Source: Candidatus Nanosynbacter sp. BB002
GTDB lineage: Bacteria; Patescibacteriota; Saccharimonadia; Saccharimonadales; Saccharimonadaceae
Assembly (NCBI RefSeq): GCF_037013405.1
Contig: NZ_CP146064.1
Span: 420,001 to 452,000 of the forward strand
DNA length: 32,000 nt
Direction of reading: 5' to 3'
Position 1 is the first letter of the stretch; the number at the start of each line of letters is the position of its first letter. Made by a program: the position numbers and the translations under genes. Positions 18,377 to 25,095 of the stretch are shown piece after piece. Below the pieces are notes generated by a model, which was not told where the DNA came from, searched no databases, and saw only the letters and a program-made list of their open reading frames with translations.

Positions 18377-18577
18377 CTATTTTCGTCCATAAAACTTGCC
18401 CTCAATCCACTTCATACCTTTGTCAAAAATCCGCAGCCACTTCGCTGCTTTGACCGACTTATCGAAGTCGTGGTCATTCAACTCGCGTAGCTTGTCAATC
18501 ACCCTGTCAAGTGGCTCGCGCTTATGCACCGACACCAGCTGAACTGGTGACGGCATCACGTTTACGTGTATCTTCAT
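18377..18577 (-). CDS. Hypothetical early protein
   Basis: I chose the internal ATG at 18577 because AGGAG lies upstream. The longer track ORF overlaps the upstream gene by about 100 nt. Confidence 0.45.
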   Translation of the reverse strand: MKIHVNVMPSPVQLVSVHKREPLDRVIDKLRELNDHDFDKSVKAAKWLRIFDKGMKWIEGKFYGRK

Positions 18578-18579
18578 CG

Positions 18580-18783
18580 CTAAATCTCCTTTCGCGATTT
18601 TAATTCTTGTATAGCTTCGTCGAACGCACCGTTCACAAACAGCACAATTGCCAGAACCGCGATTGCTACGAACTGCACCCACCAGAGACGCAGATCTGTT
18701 GGCTCGCTGATTGCGATTATCGCGGCTGGTAGTCCAACTACCCAGCTAATGATTTTTTTGATCTGTTTGTTTTTCGCTGCCAT
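18580..18783 (-). CDS. Small two-TM membrane protein, first gene of the early operon
   Basis: 67 aa with two hydrophobic helices. RBS AAAGGAG. Confidence 0.5.
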   Translation of the reverse strand: MAAKNKQIKKIISWVVGLPAAIIAISEPTDLRLWWVQFVAIAVLAIVLFVNGAFDEAIQELKSRKEI

Positions 18784-18992
18784 TTTTCAGCTCCTTTCGT
18801 TTTACGTACAAGAGTGCTCGCAGTCACTCTCGTACTGTTAGATATCTCGTCTCTGTCGTGTTTTAAGCGGTTTGTAGTCCGCTGTCTCTAATTTCTGACC
18901 AGCTGTTACTCAAATCTCTAAAAACCCGCTCTGACGTTTCAATGAAGCTACAAACGCTGAACGTACAGGATTTCTAGCCTCATTTTTACGTC

Positions 18993-19023
18993 AAATAAAA
19001 AAGAATCGACGCGAAGTCGATTC
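18993..19023 (-). terminator. Rho-independent terminator (minus strand)
   Basis: 8-bp perfect stem GAATCGAC/GTCGATTC with a 5-nt loop, followed on the minus strand by TTTTTTATTT. Confidence 0.7.
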
Positions 19024-19205
19024 ATGGTTGATAGATTTAACTAACAGAGGTAGTCGCTGTTTATATCATGTAAGATTATTTCGTGATTTATATATATCAG
19101 CTTTTGCACATGCAGAGGCCGGCGTTTCGCCTGGAGCCACCAGGCTGGAGACGCCCCACTCCGCGGAGAATAGCCTTTCTCCGCCCGACTCCAGAAGGAG
19201 TTATC

Positions 19206-19664
19206 ATGAGCGAGGGAGACATTAGATGTGGCGACAACTGCATTTTAAGGCGGCTCTCCAACGGATAGCACTATGTGACAACACCAAGTGAGGCCCCCAC
19301 CGGATCCAGTGTGTATGAGTGCAATTTCGATTCAGACTTGAGATATCAGATTCTGTCTCATGGTACGGTCGTGATTCACCGTAAGTCTCAGTGCCCGTCC
19401 TGCCAAGGGCGATCTAATAGCCCTCTTAGAGAGTCTGGTCAGTTTGACGGCAGAAGTGCGGCTGTATACCGTTCTCCCGGCACAACCAACATACTCTACG
19501 GCGGCAGGAGCGGTAACACTCCTGACGATGGCCATGGCCATGTCAGAGCAACAGGCGGCCCCACTGGTGAGAACATCGTATTCTGGAGACTTCCAGAGGA
19601 CGAAGGCGGTCAGACGATCGTCGACAACTCGTGGGACGTTACTGGAGGTAATGATCTGCGATGA
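19206..19664 (+). pseudogene. Cassette 1 small protein (split zinc ribbon plus GHGH-motif core), interrupted by an in-frame TAG at 19266-19268
   Basis: The ATG at 19206 has RBS AAGGAG. The same frame continues through the TAG into the 19275-19664 ORF. The core aligns with cassette 2. Confidence 0.55.
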
Positions 19665-19748
19665 CAGAGCTTAGGCTCTGGAACCATTGACCCGGACAAG
19701 TCATAAAACTGTCCATACTTCTTAAATGTAGGTTATAATCATAGGACT

Positions 19749-20150
19749 ATGAAAAATAGCATCAAATTATCTTTGCCAAAGTTTATAACCGAGGCTTTCC
19801 CTGTTCTTGAAGACGCAGAATATATACGCTCTTTCGCAGGACTTTTTATATTGTACCCAGATACCCAATTCTATTTATTCCAAAGCGCAGGCCACGATTC
19901 ACTACGCTCATTTATCCTTGTTGCTACGGACTATTCTGACCCGTTTGACCAAAGCTACGAATTAAAGGAGATGACAGGTAAATACGAGTTTGAGTTTACG
20001 CGTATTGTCGCTCCATATAGAAATAATAAGTTCATAGAACTTCGCCAACATGACGATATGGAGGCAGGTTACGACATACGAGATCCTCATGGGAATTGGT
20101 GCTACTATTTAACGGAGGCGACATACAGGCCAGATTGGGTGGAGCGATGA
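19749..20150 (+). CDS. Cassette 1 partner protein (immunity-like, acidic, 133 aa)
   Basis: Paralogue of 20702-21085 (shared EAFP, PDT, TDY, G.YEFEFT, PY...IE.R). Own TATAAT at 19734-19739. Confidence 0.7.
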   Translation: MKNSIKLSLPKFITEAFPVLEDAEYIRSFAGLFILYPDTQFYLFQSAGHDSLRSFILVATDYSDPFDQSYELKEMTGKYEFEFTRIVAPYRNNKFIELRQHDDMEAGYDIRDPHGNWCYYLTEATYRPDWVER

Positions 20151-20374
20151 TCGATAGCGTCTTTATAGAATGAGTTTCATACAATTCACTCCTCAGGTAC
20201 ATAAATCAGACCACCTTCATCAGCGGAAGTTGTCACCCAACTGCTCATAATCTCATCATAATAAGATTCAAATACTTGCTTATTCTTTATTTCAGCTCCT
20301 CCCCAGCTAGTATGAATGAGGGAATTCCCACTTCGCGGAGAGTATTTCCCTGCCCGACTCCAAGAGGAGTTATC

Positions 20375-20639
20375 ATGGAGCAACGCGGCCGCTTTGACGG
20401 AAGAGAGGCAAAGATCTATCGGTCCGGAGGAATGATCAATATCTACTACGGTGGTAGGTAGATAACATTCCTAACGATGGCCACGGTCATGTGAAAGCTA
20501 CAGGTGGCCACTTAGTGAAAATATCGTCTACTGGCGACTACCTACTGATGAAGGAGGCAACACCATAATAGACAACAGATTCACGACCATGAATGGCAAC
20601 AATCTGAGACTAGATGTCTATCTGACCGGCCTATATTAG
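20375..20639 (+). pseudogene. Cassette 2 GHGH-motif protein, degraded (TAG at 20459 plus two 1-nt deletions)
   Basis: Nucleotide alignment to 19431-19664 needs frames 2, then 1, then 0. The reconstructed peptide is RFDGREAKIYRSGGMINIYYGGR/NIPNDGHGHVKATGG/ENIVYWRLPTDEGGNTIIDN. Confidence 0.65.
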
Positions 20640-20701
20640 GCCAACAGACATGGATAAGTCATAAAACTGTCCACTTTTCTTGATATAATTAAGGTTGCTG
20701 T

Positions 20702-21085
20702 ATGAATAATTATTCAAATATCCTATTTCCGGAAATAATCAATGAGGCTTTTCCAATTATCAATGATGCGTCGTATGTTCGCCAGCTGGCGTCGCTTATA
20801 CCACTCTGTCCTGATACGGCATTTCATCTGTTTGCTGATAAAAATGGATCCTTCTTCGCGCTAGTAATGACTGATTATCCCAACCCCACTAATCAGAGTG
20901 TAGAGCTCAAACAGATTTCCGGAGAATATGAATTTGAATTCACCAACCTCGTCAAGCCGTATACCGACGATAAGTATATAGAAGTTCGTGAGAATGATGA
21001 GATGAATGAATCGTTTTCCGTTCCAGATCCGAATAGTTATTATCATTATTATCTGGCAACAGTGAAGCAAAAGCTGAACTGGTGA
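20702..21085 (+). CDS. Cassette 2 partner protein (immunity-like, 127 aa)
   Basis: Paralogue of 19749-20150. Extended -10 TGATATAAT at 20681-20689. Confidence 0.7.
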   Translation: MNNYSNILFPEIINEAFPIINDASYVRQLASLIPLCPDTAFHLFADKNGSFFALVMTDYPNPTNQSVELKQISGEYEFEFTNLVKPYTDDKYIEVRENDEMNESFSVPDPNSYYHYYLATVKQKLNW

Positions 21086-21088
21086 TAG

Positions 21089-21664
21089 CTAGTCCACAGC
21101 AGACTGTCGCCTTAACACATGCTGTTGCAGCCAGCAATACATCGCTACAGTCGCTGCCGCGCCGACATTGATGGAGCGGGTCGAGCCAAACTGTTCAATG
21201 GCCACTATCTTGTCCGCCGCCTGTGCCATCTCCTCAGAGATCCCTGGGCCTTCTTGGCCAAACACTAGCACCGCACGCTCTGGTAAGCTCGTCTCCGCCA
21301 TATTGACACTGCTTGGGATATTGTCAATCGCAATAATCTCCCTGCTCTCCTCACGCATCTTCTCAACAAATTCTTCTGTCGTCGCCAAATATGTAATGTG
21401 CAAATATTTATCCGTCATCATGGCACCTCGCTTGTTCCACTGCCGCCTGCCGATGACGTAAATCTGCCGCACACCAAACGCATTGGCACTCCTGACGATA
21501 GTCCCCATATTAAAATCCCGCTCGGTGTTCTCCAGAGCAATCACCAAGCCGTGATCCTTGGCGTCCAGCTCCTTTACGATCTCCGCCTCACTCCGACCTT
21601 TGAATTTGTCAATCACATTTCGAGTATCTTGCATCTCTGTTATTGTAGCAAAATCATCAAACAA
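21089..21664 (-). CDS. SpoU/TrmH-family RNA 2'-O-methyltransferase
   Basis: Motifs NMGTIVRSANAFGV, LVFGQEGPGISEE and STRSINVGAA. Confidence 0.8.
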   Translation of the reverse strand: MFDDFATITEMQDTRNVIDKFKGRSEAEIVKELDAKDHGLVIALENTERDFNMGTIVRSANAFGVRQIYVIGRRQWNKRGAMMTDKYLHITYLATTEEFVEKMREESREIIAIDNIPSSVNMAETSLPERAVLVFGQEGPGISEEMAQAADKIVAIEQFGSTRSINVGAAATVAMYCWLQQHVLRRQSAVD

Positions 21665-21686
21665 AAGACAAAGTCCCGTATATCTA

Positions 21687-21715
21687 TTGACTTTTTAGCA
21701 TAAGTGTGATATAAT
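21687..21715 (+). promoter_or_regulatory. Near-consensus sigma70-type promoter
   Basis: TTGACT, a 17-nt spacer ending in TGA, then TATAAT. Confidence 0.65.
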
Positions 21716-21781
21716 GAAAATCAGCTTTCGTTGATGAGTTGAGTAAATCCTTGTCCAAAAGTGAACTTTGACAGGCAATCG

Positions 21782-21844
21782 AATACAAGATGAGGTTTTA
21801 TTTCTTTTTTGAACGCTAAGAGAGATAAAATCTCATCTTGTATT
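21782..21844 (+). other. 24-bp-stem hairpin in the 5' leader of 21906-22307
   Basis: AATACAAGATGAGGTTTTATTTCT pairs with AGAGATAAAATCTCATCTTGTATT (two G-U pairs) around a 15-nt loop. Confidence 0.7.
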
Positions 21845-21905
21845 GTAAAGAACAGTACTTCACTGCACACTCGCAGAGATGAGGATCGAAGACGAGGAGA
21901 GTATC

Positions 21906-22307
21906 ATGTCATCAGATGACATTGCCCGCGAAGTTATCACCCTGGATGAAACGTGGCACAAAGTTGTCACTCTAGTATGCAAGGAGGGGTATGCTTCAAT
22001 GTTCCAAGTTAGGCGGTTCATCCATCTCATTAGAAGCTTCACTGCGTGCATAGAAGATTTGGAGACATATGTCGAGAATCATCTCTCCACAGGTGATATC
22101 ACTGACGACGTCGATGACGTTGTGATGGCGTTTGAAGCGGTCGATCGCTTCATCCAAAGGCATATCGCCCTATCCAAAGAGGATCTGTCACTATATAGAT
22201 CTCTGAAGAGCGAGATGGAAGACCACCTCCTTCACCTCCTCTATCTAGGAGAGGAGGTGAAACTCGATGATGGGCTACTGCTCGTCATCTGCGTCCCCAC
22301 CCACTAA
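21906..22307 (+). CDS. Acidic helical hypothetical protein (133 aa)
   Basis: ATG at 21906 is preceded by GAGGAGAG. The track start at 21879 lacks an RBS. Confidence 0.55.
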   Translation: MSSDDIAREVITLDETWHKVVTLVCKEGYASMFQVRRFIHLIRSFTACIEDLETYVENHLSTGDITDDVDDVVMAFEAVDRFIQRHIALSKEDLSLYRSLKSEMEDHLLHLLYLGEEVKLDDGLLLVICVPTH

Positions 22308-22379
22308 GCTCTAGTCTGCATGACAGGCAATTGTTCTTTTACGATTGCCTGTCATGTAGACCCTGAATTTTACATTACT

Positions 22380-22410
22380 AAAATCACCCTAGCCCAGGGT
22401 GATTTTCTTG
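22380..22410 (+). terminator. Rho-independent terminator
   Basis: AAAATCACCCT/AGGGTGATTTT stem followed by a T-rich tail. A second 13-bp hairpin lies at 22320-22357. Confidence 0.55.
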
Positions 22411-22451
22411 TAGTTAGCGCAATCACCAAAACCTAGTGTAGATACTATGTT

Positions 22452-23126
22452 ATGATAAACATAACCGTTATGCGTAAAGTTAGCTATGTCAAAAAATTCT
22501 GGTTCTACCCTATCATTAGTGCTTTTCTGTCCTTTAGTTATTTGGTGTACATGGACGGATTTGTCTCTGTCAAAGATCTTGTCCAAGAAAAAACTGGACA
22601 AACCTCTTGGCAGCGGCCCAAGCAGTGGAAGCGAATCAATAATTTGAGTTATGAAACAGATGATTACGTCTATGCAGGCTTTGGTGATAAAAAGCTCAAA
22701 GACAATAAGTCAGAATCATTAGTGTATCTGTCACAAAGTCGTGAGCCTGTCGCCCCAGCCAACGCCTCAACCCAAATATACAACAGGTTGCGAAGGTCGC
22801 TGATGACAGAACAGCACATCAGAAAAACGCTTGAGCAATCCCTGAAGAATAGTACTACCATTGAGTGCACCACAGACCCCTCTTCTACTCAAGTCATAGA
22901 TCACAAAGAATACGGCAACACAGTGGGAATCGCCTACATAACGATCAGCTGCGAGGTCGGCAGAGCGACGTTCGTCACCAAAGCTCGCCTGACTGTTGGT
23001 AAAAATGATGGACTGGCGCGGTTTATCGCCATCAGTACAGACGGCGACATCTGGGAAAAGAACGCTCAGGCCTTTGAAGCCATGTTAAATAACGTCTCAG
23101 AGGTTGGCGATGAGAGATATGTATAA
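22452..23126 (+). CDS. Membrane-anchored exported protein of unknown function
   Basis: N-terminal TM (FWFYPIISAFLSFSYLVY) followed by a roughly 170-aa mixed alpha/beta domain. The start codon is uncertain. Confidence 0.5.
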   Translation: MINITVMRKVSYVKKFWFYPIISAFLSFSYLVYMDGFVSVKDLVQEKTGQTSWQRPKQWKRINNLSYETDDYVYAGFGDKKLKDNKSESLVYLSQSREPVAPANASTQIYNRLRRSLMTEQHIRKTLEQSLKNSTTIECTTDPSSTQVIDHKEYGNTVGIAYITISCEVGRATFVTKARLTVGKNDGLARFIAISTDGDIWEKNAQAFEAMLNNVSEVGDERYV

Positions 23127-23267
23127 ATTGGTTTATGGCAGGAATTTTGAAATCTTGTCTTAATACCTAACCCCAGCCGGCAACGTCGCTGGTACCGCTG
23201 GTGACGCATCCTCAATTGACGCGCATGGGTATGAGCAGTAGTCAACTAACGGATGATTTGGTTATCA

Positions 23268-23357
23268 CCTCGCTCCGGCCCTTGAATTTGTCAATCACAT
23301 TTCGTGTGTCCTGCATCTCTGTTATTGTAGCAAACGCCAGGAAAAGAGACAAAAATC
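23268..23357 (-). repeat. Displaced duplicate of the trmH 5' end and upstream region
   Basis: Aligns with 21586-21675. The core of about 54 nt has 3 mismatches. Encodes ..TITEMQDTRNVIDKFKGRSE and then diverges into stops. Confidence 0.8.
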
Positions 23358-23398
23358 TTATCATCACGAGGAATGCAGCTCACACTCAAGCTTCCACA

Positions 23399-23677
23399 CT
23401 ATCTCACAACAAACGAAACTTCAATCACATCGCCGATGGTGATCTGCTCTTTCTGACGGACTTTCGCGGGCAGCGCCAGGAACTGCGAACCATCACCCAT
23501 CGGCAATAGTGACGTCTGCCATGATGAGCCGCCAACCGTGGCTTCTACTGCCACCAAACCTCTCACCGCGAGCGGCTTGAGCTCGTCAGTGAATTCTTGA
23601 GGCGCAGCAACATAATACCAGCCACCAGCCTGCGGAAATAAGCACACCTCGGCTGTAAATGTATATGGTTTTGCCAT
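23399..23677 (-). CDS. DUF1905-family protein
   Basis: 92 aa. The pattern GGWYYVAAP...VEATVGGSSWQTSLLPMGDG...GDVIEVSF is typical of DUF1905. Confidence 0.65.
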   Translation of the reverse strand: MAKPYTFTAEVCLFPQAGGWYYVAAPQEFTDELKPLAVRGLVAVEATVGGSSWQTSLLPMGDGSQFLALPAKVRQKEQITIGDVIEVSFVVR

Positions 23678-23679
23678 GG

Positions 23680-24054
23680 CTATTTTGCCTGCTCCACTAT
23701 GTCAACTGTCACACCAGCAGGGTCAGTCACCATAAAATGAGTCTGTCCCCATTCTTCGGTGGTCAGCGGATGGTATATCTCAGCCGAGGTTTTTTGCACA
23801 CGCTCGTATTCACTCTTTGCATCATCGACTTCAAAGCTATAAACAATACCCTTACCGTCAAACTCAGCATGTAATTGAGCAGGCTGATTGTCGAGGTCTG
23901 GCTTCATAAAAGCTAACTCTACACCGCTCGGTTTGTGCAGCAGCTGTATATACCAGTCTGCCTCAAACACCACACTAAAACCAAATGTGTCTACATAGAA
24001 TTCCTTACATTCATTCAATTTGGCCGTGATGGTAATTGGATACATTGCTTTCAT
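23680..24054 (-). CDS. VOC/glyoxalase-family protein
   Basis: Paired beta-alpha-beta-beta-beta module motifs (FYVDTFGF, FEVDD, HFMVTDPAGV). Confidence 0.7.
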   Translation of the reverse strand: MKAMYPITITAKLNECKEFYVDTFGFSVVFEADWYIQLLHKPSGVELAFMKPDLDNQPAQLHAEFDGKGIVYSFEVDDAKSEYERVQKTSAEIYHPLTTEEWGQTHFMVTDPAGVTVDIVEQAK

Positions 24055-24121
24055 GTTATCTCCTTATTATAGATTTCCCACTTAAACTATACCTTGGTGA
24101 AAGTTTAATGTATTGTAAAAA

Positions 24122-24889
24122 TCAGACATCAAATGTTCCTGCGTAATTTTTCGGTGTATAGCCAGTAATTCTCCGAAATGAGCGGATAAAGTGCGATTGG
24201 TCAGTATATACCGTGAGATAATGCTGGTTAAATGATTGTTGTAGTCGAACAACTTTAAGAAAATCGTGCGGAGAAAAACCTATCATTTGCTTAAAAATAC
24301 GCTGAAGCTGCCGAGGCGATAGATTTACTACATTTGCCATATCCGCTACGGTATGTATAGTATCTAACTGATCAAGAATCATCATAATATATTTGTTTGG
24401 TGCTATCACATTTTCAGCAGTTAGATTCTTGGTAAATTGCACCAGCACCTTTTGTTGGGCGAAAGATGGCCGCCCACATAGACGGTCATAAACTTCAGCT
24501 ATCGGCTGAGTTCCAATCTGTGATACATCAATGTGACCGCCCACAACATTTGCTATATCATCCCGCCACACACCCGGCAACAGCCGTATACCGACATAAC
24601 GGAATGATTTACCGAGATTTAATGTAGTCGATGTGGTATATGGCGTCATAATCGTCGCCATCCGACGAGATGATAAATCAAACACGATATCCACACAAGC
24701 ATCGGGCAGCACATGGTAATGAAAATCGCTCGGTAGCAACGTATCAGTCTGTAGCCACCAAAAACAATGCACTAATTTCGCTAAAGTGTCTGGCGGTGCT
24801 GTCTCGGCATATCGTACCGAATGCACCGCTCTTTTTATCCCATTCTGGGTGGGTATATACATAGTCGTATTATACCCAAAGTAAACCAT
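24122..24889 (-). CDS. AraC-family transcriptional regulator
   Basis: C-terminal double HTH (SPRQLQRIFKQMIGFSPHDF ... SHFIRSFRRITGYTPKNY). Confidence 0.8.
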   Translation of the reverse strand: MVYFGYNTTMYIPTQNGIKRAVHSVRYAETAPPDTLAKLVHCFWWLQTDTLLPSDFHYHVLPDACVDIVFDLSSRRMATIMTPYTTSTTLNLGKSFRYVGIRLLPGVWRDDIANVVGGHIDVSQIGTQPIAEVYDRLCGRPSFAQQKVLVQFTKNLTAENVIAPNKYIMMILDQLDTIHTVADMANVVNLSPRQLQRIFKQMIGFSPHDFLKVVRLQQSFNQHYLTVYTDQSHFIRSFRRITGYTPKNYAGTFDV

Positions 24890-24900
24890 AAGCTCTAGGC

Positions 24901-24923
24901 AAAAAACCGCCCAAATGAGCGGT
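24901..24923 (-). terminator. Terminator downstream of tRNA-Leu(CAG)
   Basis: ACCGC/GCGGT stem followed by T6 on the minus strand. Confidence 0.5.
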
Positions 24924-24945
24924 AATTTTCGTAACTCTGCTACCT

Positions 24946-25032
24946 TGGTACGGATGAGAGGACTTGAACCTCCACGTTCTTGCGAACACTAGCACCTGAA
25001 GCTAGCGCGTCTACCAATTCCGCCACATCCGC
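24946..25032 (-). tRNA. tRNA-Leu (anticodon CAG), CCA encoded
   Basis: Hand-folded. Acceptor GCGGATG/CATCCGT, anticodon loop TTCAGGT, long variable arm, T arm GGAGGTTCAAGTCCTCT. Confidence 0.85.
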
Positions 25033-25095
25033 GCATGGTTTGGATTGCACAGCTAATTATACGACACCAATGGCTGATACGCAAGAGATTTGAGT

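Larger units (their letters stand above)
1..19030 (-). mobile_element. Prophage or prophage remnant (siphovirus-like). Left end lies outside the window; right end is approximate.
   Basis: Uninterrupted minus-strand array of tightly packed, often overlapping genes with recognisable terminase, portal, capsid, tail, SSB, recombinase and nuclease motifs. It ends at a strong terminator near 19000. Confidence 0.8.

Noticed and set aside
18307-18390. 27-aa minus-strand micro-ORF (MDENSLFEKLENLIDPTFLDRALAGEA) bridging two early genes
   Set aside because: It is tidy, ending with TAA immediately before the exonuclease GTG and overlapping the upstream stop. It is too short to support without conservation or ribosome-profiling data, so I did not list it as a feature.
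19083-19205. N-terminal extensions of the cassette ORFs (track ORFs 19083-19268 and 20276-20461) as real coding sequence
   Set aside because: The shared segment has a strong SD and ATG at its 3' end. Substitutions between the copies are not biased to third codon positions, and upstream of the shared 50 nt the copies are unrelated. A conserved pre-toxin junction cannot be fully excluded.
19155-19208. Assignment of the conserved leader to a known riboswitch class (preQ1, guanidine, ZTP, fluoride and others)
   Set aside because: I could not match the conserved nucleotides or fold to any class I know. Only the SD hairpin is preserved between the two copies.
19266-19268. TAG reassigned as a sense codon (alternative genetic code)
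   Set aside because: TAG terminates several well-supported genes in this window, for example at 424-426, 7748-7750, 9380-9382 and 21089-21091.
19332-19541. 69-aa minus-strand ORF inside cassette 1
   Set aside because: It is antisense to the conserved GHGH-core coding frame and has no paralogous counterpart in cassette 2.
20186-20383. 65-aa minus-strand ORF between the cassettes (ends ...SADEGGLIYVPEE)
   Set aside because: Its 5' part is antisense to the conserved cassette-2 leader and there is no RBS at the start. The 3' roughly 30 codons might be a gene relic, but I cannot support a call.
23201-23509. 102-aa plus-strand ORF
   Set aside because: It spans the displaced trmH fragment and runs antisense to the DUF1905 gene. 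It has no RBS.
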